Of a stretch of DNA of 64,000 bases, positions 51,101 through 64,000 are shown one piece after another; positions within the stretch are counted from its first letter, which is position 1, and every line of letters starts with the position of its first letter. The position numbers and the translations under genes are program-made. Source of the stretch: Bugula neritina (taxonomy: Eukaryota; Animalia; Bryozoa); the NCBI GenBank assembly GCA_964035545.1, contig OZ037767.1, positions 12,323,801 through 12,387,800 of the forward strand. Direction: 5' to 3'. The notes under the pieces are model-generated. The model did not search any database. It had not been told where the DNA came from and saw only the letters and a program-made list of their open reading frames with translations.

Positions 51101-53305
51101 TTGCTATACAACTGGAGGGAAGGAATATACTCGTTTTTTAATAGCAACAAAGCATGTTCAGAACTTGTAGACAGAAACACACTCATGACACATTAAACAA
51201 TCTGTAACAAGTCTTGCTCATTATAACAGACAAATGTTATAACATACTCCTTTCGTTTAGGAGATATATCAACTACTACTCCTACAAAAACAATAAAGAG
51301 GTAAAAGACAGCACTGCTCAGTTTGATTTCATTTCATTCAATTCATTGTAACGCTATCAATGGGCTGCACTTTTGGTCACACCCAGCTAACTGCTCTTGG
51401 AAAATTACTCATTTCGCCAATTGTGACATTATGTGAACTCACTGTTAGTTTTTAACTTTGAATTAAAAAATGATAAAGTAATTGTAAATCTGTTTACAGT
51501 CGTCAAAGCGGCTGATCCTTAATTTCAACACTGGGTTTAGGTGATGGAAGAATCCCAAGACAAGTTTGGTACTACGCTAGACAATAGGCTGCTGGCACCG
51601 GAAAATGTGAACATGTGTGCATTTAACAGATGAAGCTAAATCATGTATACATCTTATATTTAGTGAAAATTGAATATGCATCACTTTTCAATGTGAGAAC
51701 ATTGCTGGATAGTGAAAATAACTAGAAATGTAGAAGTTCGGGAGTTGTCTCTCCTGTGTTTTTGGTTTTGTGTTCTTGACTTGTCAGGCTGCAAATATTT
51801 GAAAAATCACAACTGCAAATACATTTGTTGGTGTAGCAAAATTATTAAACCCATCAACCTTTGTGATCTGAGGAACGAAAGACGGATACTGCAACTTACA
51901 CACCTTTCTATTATGAATTTTGAGATATACATTGTTTTGTCGACCCTTCTGGCAACCAATATTAAGTGCATTGCTCGTTTTCCACGCTTTATATCCACTT
52001 ATTTTACATTTTCTCAATCAACTAAACACAGGTAAGCAGAGTTGCTAACTGGTTGCATGGTATTCAGGCAGTCGCACTTCTTGTCACTCAATCGTTGAAG
52101 ATTGATGCTTGATGAAGGCCTATGGTCCTTACAGTATACATACTGGAGGTACTGTGCTTTGAACTCAATAACAAAAAAGAGAATATATGACTTGCAAAAC
52201 TAACGAATCACATTGTGATGACTCCAGACCCTATTGACTGTGTGCCTCAGTAACGTCTGTTCAGTGCAAACTATGGACAGCAAAGTTGTTTGGCAATAAT
52301 GAGACAAACAATTCTGCAAACCCTTTTCATTAAAGTTTTGTGATGAAAGAGTAATCAGACCCTGTAATTGCTATACAACTGGAGGGAAGGAATATACTCG
52401 TTTTTTAATAGCAACAAAGCATGTTCAGAACTTGTAGACAGAAACACACTCATGACACATTAAACAATCTGTAACAAGTCTTGCTCATTATAACAGACAA
52501 ATGTTATAACATACTCCTTTCGTTTAGGAGATATATCAACTACTACTCCTACAAAAACAATAAAGAGGTAAAAGACAGCACTGCTCAGTTTGATTTCATT
52601 TCATTCAATTCATTGTAACGCTATCAATGGGCTGCACTTTTGGTCACACCCAGCTAACTGCTCTTGGAAAATTACTCATTTCGCCAATTGTGACATTATG
52701 TGAACTCACTGTTAGTTTTTAACTTTGAATTAAAAAATGATAAAGTAATTGTAAATCTGTTTACAGTCGTCAAAGCGGCTGATCCTTAATTTCAACACTG
52801 GGTTTAGGTGATGGAAGAATCCCAAGACAAGTTTGGTACTACGCTAGACAATAGGCTGCTGGCACCGGAAAATGTGAACATGTGTGCATTTAACAGATGA
52901 AGCTAAAACATGTATACATCTTATATTTAGTGAAAATTGAATATGCATCACTTTTCTATGTGAGAACATTGCTGGATAGTGAAAATAACTAGAAATGTAG
53001 AAGTTCGGGAGTTGTCTCTCCTGTGTTTTTGGTTTTGTGTTCTTGACTTGTCAGGCTGCAAATATTTGAAAAATCACAACTGCAAATACATTTGTTGGTG
53101 TAGCAAAATTATTAAACCCATCAACCTTTGCGATCTGAGGAACGAAAGACGGATACTGCAACTTACACACCTTTCTATTATGAATTTAGAGATATACATT
53201 GTTTTGTCGACCCTTCTGGCAACCGATATTAAGTGCATTGCTCGTTTTCCACGCTTTATATCCACTTATTTTACATTTTCTCAATCAACTAAACACAGGT
53301 AAGCA

Positions 53306-53349
53306 GAGTTGCTAACTGGTTGCATTACCATGCAACCAGTTAGCAACTC
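53306..53349. other. Perfect 20-bp-stem inverted repeat created by a templated inversion in one macrosatellite unit
   Basis: GAGTTGCTAACTGGTTGCAT-TACC-ATGCAACCAGTTAGCAACTC. It accounts for the +17-bp length (1284) of this unit. Confidence 0.95.
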
Positions 53350-56300
53350 AGGCAGTCGCACTTCTTGTCACTCAATTGTTGACGATTGATGCTTGAAGAA
53401 GGCCTACGGTCCTTACAGTATACATACTGGAGGTACTGTGCTTTGAACTCAAAAACAAAAAAGAGAATATATGACTTGCAAAACTAACGAATCACATTGT
53501 GATGATTCCAGACCCTATTGACTGTGTGCCTCAGTAACGTCTGTTCAGTGCAAACTATGGACAGCAAAGTTGTTTGGCAATAATGAGACAAACAATTCTG
53601 CAAACCCTTTTCATTAAAGTTTTGTGATGAAAGAGTAATCAGACCCTGTAATTGCTATACAACTGGAGGGAAGGAATATACTCGTTTTTTAATAGCAACA
53701 AAGCATGTTCAGAACTAGTAAACAGCAACACACTCATGAAACATTAAACAATCTGTAACAAGTCTTGCTCATTATAACAGACAAATGTTATAACATACTC
53801 CTTTCGTTTAGGAGATATATCAACTACTACTCCTACAAAAACAATAAAGAGGTAAAAGACAGCACTGCTCAATTTGATTTCATTTCATTCAATTCATTGT
53901 AACGCTATCAATGGGCTGCACTTTTGGTCACACCTGGCTAACTGCTCTTGGAAAATTACTCATTTCGCCAATTGTGACATTATGTGAACTCACTGTTAGT
54001 TTTTAACTTTGAATCAAAAAATGATAAAGTAATTGTAAATCTGTTTACAGTCGTCAAAGCGGCTGATCCTTAATTTCAACACTGGGTTTAGGTGATGGAA
54101 GAATCCCAAGACAAGTTTGGTACTACGCTAGACAATAGGCTGCTGGCACCGGAAAATGTGAACATGTGTGCATTTAACAGATGAAGCTAAATCATGTATA
54201 CGTCTTATATTTAGTGAAAATTGAATATGCATCACTTTTCAATGTGAGAACATTGCTGGATAGTGAAAATAACTAGAAATGTAGAAGTTCGGGAGTTGTC
54301 TCTCCTGTGTTTTTGGTTTTGTGTTCTTGACTTGTCAGGCTGCAAATATTTGAAAAATCACAACAGCAAATACATTTGTTGGTGTAGCAAAATTATTAAA
54401 CCCATCAACCTTTGCGATCTGAGGAACGAAAGACAAATACTGCAACTTACACACCTTTCTATTATGAATTTAGAGATATACATTGTTTTGTCGACCCTTC
54501 TGGCAACCAATATTAAGTGCATTGCTCGTTTTCCACGCTTTATATCCACTTATTTTACATTTTCTCAATCAACTAAACACAGGTAAGCAGAGTTGCTAAC
54601 TGGTTGCATGGTATTCAGGCAGTCGCACTTCTTGTCACTCAATCGTTGAAGATTGATGCTTGATGAAGGCCTACGGTCCTTACAGTATACATACTGGAGG
54701 TACTGTGCTTTGAACTCAATAACAAAAAAGAGAATATATGACTTGCAAAACTAACGAATCACATTGTGATGATTCCAGACCCTATTGACTGTGTGCCTCA
54801 GTAACGTCTGTTCAGTGCAAACTATGGACAGCAAAGTTGTTTGGCAATAATGAGACAAACAATTCTGCAAACCCTTTTCATTAAAGTTTTGTGATGAAAG
54901 AGTAATCAGACCCTGTAATTGCTATACAACTGGAGGGAAGGAATATACTCGTTTTTTAATAGCAACAAAGCATGTTCAGAACTAGTAAACAGCAACACAC
55001 TCATGAAACATTAAACAATCTGTAACAAGTCCTTCTCATTATAACAGACAAATGTTATAACATACTCCTTTCGTTTAGGAGATATATCAACTACTACTCC
55101 TACAAAAACAATAAAGAGGTAAAAGACAGCACTGCTCAATTTGATTTCATTTCATTCAATTCATTGTAACGCTATCAATGGGCTGCACTTTTGGTCACAC
55201 CCAGCTAACTGCTCTTGGAAAATTACTCATTTCGCCAATTGTGACATTATGTGAACTCACTGTTAGTTTTTAACTTTGAATTAAAAAATGATAAAGTAAT
55301 TGTAAATCTGTTTACAGTCGTCAAAGCGGCTGATCCTTAATTTCAACACTGGGTTTAGGTGATGGAAGAATCCCAAGACAAGTTTGGTACTACGCTAGAC
55401 AATAGGCTGCTGGCACCGGAAAATGTGAACATGTGTGCATTTAACAGATGAAGCTAAATCATGTATACATCTTATATTTAGTGAAAATTGAATATGCATC
55501 ACTTTTCAATGTGAGAACATTGCTGGATAGTGAAAATAACTAGAAATGTAGAAGTTCGGGAGTTGTCTCTCCTGTGTTTTTGGTTTTGTGTTCTTGACTT
55601 GTCAGGCTGCAAATATTTGAAAAATCACAACAGCAAATACATTTGTTGGTGTAGCAAAATTATTAAACCCATCAACCTTTGCGATCTGAGGAACGAAAGA
55701 CAAATACTGCAACTTACACACCTTTCTATTATGAATTTAGAGATATACATTGTTTTGTCGACCCTTCTGGCAACCAATATTAAGTGCATTGCTCGTTTTC
55801 CACGCTTTATATCCACTTATTTTACATTTTCTCAATCAACTAAACACAGGTAAGCAGAGTTGCTAACTGGTTGCATGGTATTCAGGCAGTCGCACTTCTT
55901 GTCACTCAATCGTTGAAGATTGATGCTTGATGAAGGCCTACGGTCCTTACAGTATACATACTGGAGGTACTGTGCTTTGAACTCAATAACAAAAAAGAGA
56001 ATATATGACTTGCAAAACTAACGAATCACATTGTGATGATTCCAGACCCTATTGACTGTGTGCCTCAGTAACGTCTGTTCAGTGCAAACTATGGACAGCA
56101 AAGTTGTTTGGCAATAATGAGACAAACAATTCTGCAAACCCTTTTCATTAAAGTTTTGTGATGAAAGAGTAATCAGACCCTGTTATTGCTATACAACTGG
56201 AGGGAAGGAATATACTCGTTTTTTAATAGCAACAAAGCATGTTCAGAACTAGTAAACAGCAACACACTCATGAAACATTAAACAATCTGTAACAAGTCTT

Positions 56301-59300
56301 GCTCATTATAACAGACAAATGTTATAACATACTCCTTTCGTTTAGGAGATATATCAACTACTACTCCTACAAAAACAATAAAGAGGTAAAAGACAGCACT
56401 GCTCAATTTGATTTCATTTCATTCAATTCATTGTAACGCTATCAATGGGCTGCACTTTTGGTCACACCCAGCTAACTGCTCTTGGAAAATTACTCATTTC
56501 GCCAATTGTGACATTATGTGAACTCACTGTTAGTTTTTAACTTTGAATTAAAAAATGATAAAGTAATTGTAAATCTGTTTACAGTCGTCAAAGCGGCTGA
56601 TCCTTAATTTCAACACTGGGTTTAGGTGATGGAAGAATCCCAAGACAAGTTTGGTACTACGCTAGACAATAGGCTGCTGGCACCGGAAAATGTGAACATG
56701 TGTGCATTTAACAGATGAAGCTAAAACATGTATACATCTTATATTTAGTGAAAATTGAATATGCATCACTTTTCTATGTGAGAACATTGCTGGATAGTGA
56801 AAATAACTAGAAATGTAGAAGTTCGGGAGTTGTCTCTCCTGTGTTTTTGGTTTTGTGTTCTTGACTTGTCAGGCTGCAAATATTTGAAAAATCACAACTG
56901 CAAATACATTTGTTGGTGTAGCAAAATTATTAAACCCATCAACCTTTGCGATCTGAGGAACGAAAGACGGATACTGCAACTTACACACCTTTCTATTATG
57001 AATTTAGAGTCATACATTGTTTTGTCGACCCTTCTGGCAACCAATATTAAGTGCATTGCTCGTTTTCCACGCTTTATATCCACTTATTTTACATTTTCTC
57101 AATCAACTAAACACAGGTAAGCAGAGTTGCTAACTGGTTGCATGGTATTCAGGCAGTCGCACTTCTTGTCACTCAATCGTTGAAGATTGATGCTTGATGA
57201 AGGCCTACGGTCCTTACAGTATACATACTGGAGGTACTGTGCTTTGAACTCAATAACAAAAAAGAGAATATATGACTTGCAAAACTAACGAATCACATTG
57301 TGATGACTCCAGACCCTATTGACTGTGTGCCTCAGTAACGTCTGTTCAGTGCAAACTATGGACAGCAAAGTTGTTTGGCAATAATGAGACAAACAATTCT
57401 GCAAACCCTTTTCATTAAAGTTTTGTGATGAAAGAGTATCCAGACCCTGTAATGGCTATACAACTGGAGGGAAGGAATATACTCGTTTTTCAATAGCAAC
57501 AAAGCATGTTCAGAACTTGTAGACAGAAACACACTCATGACACATTAAACAATCTGTAACAAGTCTTGCTCATTATAACAGACAAATGTTATAACATACT
57601 CCTTTCGTTTAGGAGATATATCAACTACTACTCCTACAAAAACAATGAAGAGGTAAAAGACAGCACTGCTCAATTTGATTTCATTTCATTCAATTCATTG
57701 TAACGCTATCAATGGGCTGCACTTTTGGTCACACCTGGCTAACTGCTCTTGGAAAATTACTCATTTCGCCAATTGTGACATTATGTGAACTCATTGTTAG
57801 TTTTTAACTTTGAATCAAAAAATGATAAAGTAATTGTAAATCTGTTTACAGTCGTCAAAGCGGCTGATCCTTAATTTCAACACTGGGTTTAGGTGATGGA
57901 AGAATCCCAAGACAAGTTTGGTACTACGCTAGACAATAGGTTGCTGGCACCGGAAAATGTGAACATGTGTGCATTTAACAGATGAAGCTAAATCATGTAT
58001 ACATCTTATATTTAGTGAAAATTGAATATGCATCACTTTTCAATGTGAGAACATTGCTGGATAGTGAAAATAACTAGAAATGTAGAAGTTCGGGAGTTGT
58101 CTCTCCTGTGTTTTTGGTTTTGTGTTCTTGACTTGTCAGGCTGCAAATATTTGAAAAATCACAACTGCAAATACATTTGTTGGTGTAGCAAAATTATTAA
58201 ACCCATCAACCTTTGCGATCTGAGGAACGAAAGACGGATACTGCAACTTACACACCTTTCTATTATGAATTTAGAGATATACATTGTTTTGTCGACCCTT
58301 CTGGCAACCAATATTGAGTGCGTTTCTCGTTTTCCACGCTTTATATCCACTTATTTTACATTTTCTCAATCAACTAAACACAGGTAAGCAGAGTTGCTAA
58401 CTGGTTGCATGGTATTCAGGCATTCGCACTTCTTGTCACTCAATCGTTGAAGAATGATGCTTGAAGAAGGCCTACGGTCCTTACAGTATACATACTGGAG
58501 GTACTGTGCTTTGAACTCAATAACAAAAAAGAGAATATATGACTTGCAAAACTAACGAATCACATTGTGATGACTCCAGACCCTATTGACTGTGTGCCTC
58601 AGTAACGTCTGTTCAGTGCAAACTATGGACAGCAAAGTTGTTTGGCAATAATGAGACAAACAATTCTGCAAACCCTTTTCATTAAAGTTTTGTGATGAAA
58701 GAGTATCCAGACCCTGTAATGGCTATACAACTGGAGGGAAGGAATATACTCGTTTTTCAATAGCAACAAAGCATGTTCAGAACTTGTAGACAGAAACACA
58801 CTCATGACACATTAAACAATCTGTAACAAGTCTTGCTCATTATAACAGACAAATGTTATAACATACTCCTTTCGTTTAGGAGATATATCAACTACTACTC
58901 CTACAAAAACAATGAAGAGGTAAAAGACAGCACTGCTCAATTTGATTTCATTTCATTCAATTCATTGTAACGCTATCAATGGGCTGCACTTTTGGTCACA
59001 CCTGGCTAACTGCTCTTGGAAAATTACTCATTTCGCCAATTGTGACATTATGTGAACTCATTGTTAGTTTTTAACTTTGAATCAAAAAATGATAAAGTAA
59101 TTGTAAATCTGTTTACAGTCGTCAAAGCGGCTGATCCTTAATTTCAACACTGGGTTTAGGTGATGGAAGAATCCCAAGACAAGTTTGGTACTACGCTAGA
59201 CAATAGGTTGCTGGCACCGGAAAATGTGAACATGTGTGCATTTAACAGATGAAGCTAAATCATGTATACATCTTATATTTAGTGAAAATTGAATATGCAT

Positions 59301-62300
59301 CACTTTTCAATGTGAGAACATTGCTGGATAGTGAAAATAACTAGAAATGTAGAAGTTCGGGAGTTGTCTCTCCTGTGTTTTTGGTTTTGTGTTCTTGACT
59401 TGTCAGGCTGCAAATATTTGAAAAATCACAACTGCAAATACATTTGTTGGTGTAGCAAAATTATTAAACCCATCAACCTTTGCGATCTGAGGAACGAAAG
59501 ACGGATACTGCAACTTACACACCTTTCTATTATGAATTTAGAGATATACATTGTTTTGTCGACCCTTCTGGCAACCAATATTGAGTGCGTTTCTCGTTTT
59601 CCACGCTTTATATCCACTTATTTTACATTTTCTCAATCAACTAAACACAGGTAAGCAGAGTTGCTAACTGGTTGCATGGTATTCAGGCAGTCGCACTTCT
59701 TGTCACTCAATTGTTGACGATGGATGCTTGAAGAAGGCCTACGGTCCTTACAGTATACATACTGGAGGTACTGTGCTTTGAACTCAAAAACAAAAAAGAG
59801 AATATATGACTTGCAAAACTAACGAATCACATTGTGATGACTCCAGACCCTATTGACAGTGTGCCTCAGTAATGTCTGTTCAGTGCAAACTATGGACAGC
59901 AAAGTTGTCAGGCAATAATGATACAAACAATTCTGCAAACCCTTTTCATTAAAGTTTTGTGATGAAAGAGTATCCAGACCCTGTAATGGCTATACAACTG
60001 GAGGGAAGGAATATACTCGTTTTTCAATAGCAACAAAGCATGTTCAGAACTTGTAGACAGAAACACACTCATGACACATTAAACAATCTGTAACAAGTCT
60101 TGCTCATTATAGCAGACAAATGTTATAACATACTCCTTTTGTTTAGGAGATATATCAACTACTACTCCTACAAAAACAATAAAGAGGTAAAAGACAGCAC
60201 TGCTCAGTTTGATTTCATTTCATTCAATTCATTGTAACGCTATCAATGGGCTGCACTTTTGGTCACACCCGGCTAACTGCTCTTGGAAAATTACTCATTT
60301 CGCCAATTGTGACATTATGTGAACTCACTGTTAGTTTTTAACTTTGAATCAAAAAATGATAAAGTAATTGTAAATCTGTTTACAGTCGTCAAAGCGGCTG
60401 ATCTTTAATTTCAACACTGGGTTTAGGTGATGGAAGAATCCCAAGACAAGTTTGGTACTACGCTAGACAATAGGCTGCTGGCACCGGAAAATGTGAACAT
60501 GTGTGCATTTAACAGATGAAGCTAAAACATGTATACATCTTATATTTAGAGAAAATTGAATATGCATCACTTTTCTATGTGAGAACATTGCTGGATAGTA
60601 AAAATAACTAGAAATGTAGAAGTTCGGGAGTTGTCTCTCCTGTGTTTTTGGTTTTGTGTTCTTGACTTGTCAGGCTGCAAATATTTGAAAAATCACAACT
60701 GCAAATACATCTGTTGGTGTAGCAAAATTATTAAACCCATCGACCTTTGCGATCTGAGGAACGAAAGACGGATACTGCAACTTACACACCTTTCTATTAT
60801 GAATTTAGAGATATACATTGTTTTGTCAACCCTTCTGGCAACCAATATTAAGTGCATTGCTCGTTTTCCACGCTTTATATCCACTTAGTTTACATTTTCT
60901 CAATCAACTAAACACAGGTAAGCAGAGTTGCTAACTGGTTGCATGGTATTCAGGCATTCGCACTTCTTGTCACTCAATCGTTGAAGATTGATGCTTGAAG
61001 AAGGCCTACGGTCCTTACAGTATACATACTGGAGGTACTGTGCTTTGAACTCAATAACAAAAAAGAGAATATATGACTTGCAAAACTAACGAATCACATT
61101 GTGATGACTCTAGACCCTATTGACAGTGTGCCTCAGTAATGTCTGTTCAGTGCAAACTATGGACAGCAAAGTTGTCTGGCAATGACGATACAAACAATTC
61201 TGCAAACCCTTTTCATAAAGGTTTTGTGATGAAAGAGTATCCAGACCCTGTAATGGCTATACAACTGGAGGGAAGGAATATACTCGTTTTTCAATAGCAA
61301 CAAAGCATGTTCAGAACTTGTAGACAGAAACACACTCATGACACATTAAACAATCTGTAACAAGTCTTGCTCATTATAACAGACAAATGTTATAACATAC
61401 TCCTTTCGTTTAGGAGATATATCAACTACTACTCCTACAAAAACAATAAAGAGGTAAAAGACAGCACTGCTCAGTTTGATTTCATTTCATTCAATTCATT
61501 GTAACGCTATCAATGGGCTGCACTTTTGGTCACACCCGGCTAACTGCTCTTGGAAAATTACTCATTTCGCCAATTGTGACATTATGTGAACTCACTGTTA
61601 GTTTTTAACTTTGAATCAAAAAATGATAAAGTAATTGTAAATCTGTTTACAGTCGTCAAAGCGGCTGATCTTTAATTTCAACACTGGGTTTAGGTGATGG
61701 AAGAATCCCAAGACAAGTTTGGTACTACGCTAGACAATAGGCTGCTGGCACCGGAAAATGTGAACATGTGTGCATTTAACAGATGAAGCTAAAACATGTA
61801 TACATCTTATATTTAGTGAAAATTGAATATGCATCACTTTTCTATGTGAGAACATTGCTGGATAGTGAAAATAACTAGAAATGTAGAAGTTCGGGAGTTG
61901 TCTCTCCTGTGTTTTTGGTTTTGTGTTCTTGACTTGTCAGGCTGCAAATATTTGAAAAATCACAACTGCAAATACATTTGTTGGTGTAGCAAAAATTATT
62001 AAACCCATCAACCTTTGCGATCTGAGGAACGAAAGACGGATACTGCAACTTACACACCTTTCTATTATGAATTTAGAGATATACATTGTTTTGTCAACCC
62101 TTCTGGCAACCAATATTAAGTGCATTGCTCGTTTTCCACGCTTTATATCCACTTATTTTACATTTTCTCAATCAACTAAACACAGGTAAGCAGAGTTGCT
62201 AACTGGTTGCATGGTATTCAGGCAGTCGCACTTCTTGTCACTCAATTGTTGACGATTGATGCTTGAAGAAGGCCTACGGTCCTTACAGTATACATACTGG

Positions 62301-64000
62301 AGGTACTGTGCTTTGAACTCAAAAACAAAAAAGAGAATATATGACTTGCAAAACTAACGAATCACATTGTGATGACTCCAGACCCTATTGACAGTGTGCC
62401 TCAGTAATGTCTGTTCAGTGCAAACTATGGACAGCAAAGTTGTCAGGCAATAATGATACAAACAATTCTGCAAACCCTTTTCATAAAGGTTTTGTGATGA
62501 AAGAGTATCCAGACCCTGTAATGGCTATACAACTGGAGGGAAGGAATATACTCGTTTTTCAATAGCAACAAAGCATGTTCAGAACTTGTAGACAGAAACA
62601 CACTCATGACACATTAAACAATCTGTAACAAGTCTTGCTCATTATAACAGACAAATGTTATAACATACTCCTTTCGTTTAGGAGATATATCAACTACTAC
62701 TCCTACAAAAACAATAAAGAGGTAAAAGACAGCACTGCTCAGTTTGATTTCATTTCATTCAATTCAATGTAACACTATCAATGGGCTGCACTTTTGGTCA
62801 CACCCAGCTAACTGCTCTTGGAAAATTACTCATTTCGCCAATTGTGACATTATGTGAACTCACTGTTAGTTTTTAACTTTGAATCAAAAAATGATAAAGT
62901 AATTGTAAATCTGTTTACAGTCGTCAAAGCGGCTGATCCTTAATTTCAACACTGGGTTTAGGTGATGGAAGAATCCCAAGACAAGTTTGGTACTACGCTA
63001 GACAATAGGCTGCTGGCACCGGAAAATGTGAACATGTGTGCATTTAACAGATGAAGCTAAAACATGTATACATCTTATATTTAGTGAAAATTGAATATGC
63101 ATCACTTTTCTATGTGAGAACATTGCTGGATAGTGAAAATAACTAGAAATGTAGAAGTTCGGGAGTTGTCTCTCCTGTGTTTTTGGTTTTGTGTTCTTGA
63201 CTTGTCAGGCTGCAAATATTTGAAAAATCACAACTGCAAATACATTTGTTGGTGTAGCAAAAATTATTAAACCCATCAACCTTTGCGATCTGAGGAACGA
63301 AAGACGGATACTGCAACTTACACACCTTTCTATTATGAATTTAGAGATATACATTGTTTTGTCAACCCTTCTGGCAACCAATATTAAGTGCATTGCTCGT
63401 TTTCCACGCTTTATATCCACTTATTTTACATTTTCTCAATCAACTAAACACAGGTAAGCAGAGTTGCTAACTGGTTGCATGGTATTCAGGCAGTCGCACT
63501 TCTTGTCACTCAATTGTTGACGATTGATGCTTGAAGAAGGCCTACGGTCCTTACAGTATACATACTGGAGGTACTGTGCTTTGAACTCAAAAACAAAAAA
63601 GAGAATATATGACTTGCAAAACTAACGAATCACATTGTGATGACTCCAGACCCTATTGACAGTGTGCCTCAGTAATGTCTGTTCAGTGCAAACTATGGAC
63701 AGCAAAGTTGTCAGGCAATAATGATACAAACAATTCTGCAAACCCTTTTCATAAAGGTTTTGTGATGAAAGAGTATCCAGACCCTGTAATGGCTATACAA
63801 CTGGAGGGAAGGAATATACTCGTTTTTCAATAGCAACAAAGCATGTTCAGAACTTGTAGACAGAAACACACTCATGACACATTAAACAATCTGTAACAAG
63901 TCTTGCTCATTATAACAGACAAATGTTATAACATACTCCTTTCGTTTAGGAGATATATCAACTACTACTCCTACAAAAACAATAAAGAGGTAAAAGACAG

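Larger units (their letters stand above)
37475..64000. repeat. 1267-bp macrosatellite (about 14-15 units in the window, continuing off the right edge)
   Basis: Landmark recurs at 50444, 51712, 52979, 54263, 55530, 56797, 58064 and 59331 (steps 1268, 1267, 1284, 1267...). Distal units are near-identical, while proximal units are more diverged and carry TE insertions. Confidence 0.97.

Noticed and set aside
51540-51575. DGRIPRQVWY, resembling the LINE ORF2 C-terminal D.RIPKQ.LY motif
   Set aside because: The flanking W.GH..R and GRP..RW motifs are absent and stops lie on both sides, so it is probably chance.
50444-59654. Repeated 107-aa Cys-rich ORF in the macrosatellite
   Set aside because: It has a GTG start and no recognisable domain. 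It is conserved only because the units are near-identical, and it is frameshifted or truncated in other units (49224, 60631, last two).

Overview
AT-rich, gene-free eukaryotic (probably invertebrate) heterochromatin made entirely of tandem repeats and transposable elements. In order: satellite A, a ~10/20-bp repeat with a 1570-bp higher-order period (1-3038); a non-autonomous CACAG-ended DNA transposon (3039-5604); satellite B, with 108/128-bp monomers built from the same 20-bp core as A (5605-29166). Satellite B switches strand at ~7100. A ~755-bp CACAG-ended MITE with 2-bp TSDs occurs four times: two copies inside B, one at B's right edge, and a fourth nested inverted in that edge copy. Next come a 3'-truncated BEL/Pao LTR element (30678-33465), satellite C (10-bp CAGTAT repeat, 33466-37474) and a 1267-bp macrosatellite (37475 to window end). 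The macrosatellite is interrupted by a full-length Ty3/Gypsy element with two frameshifts (39046-43817) and an internally deleted Academ (XPG/Cys8) DNA transposon (44933-48160). I see no host protein-coding gene and no convincing new enzymatic system. The notable signals are architectural: TSD-less CACAG elements at satellite-domain junctions, a self-nested MITE, an LTR-end-like inverted repeat in every macrosatellite unit, and a template-switch hairpin in one unit.
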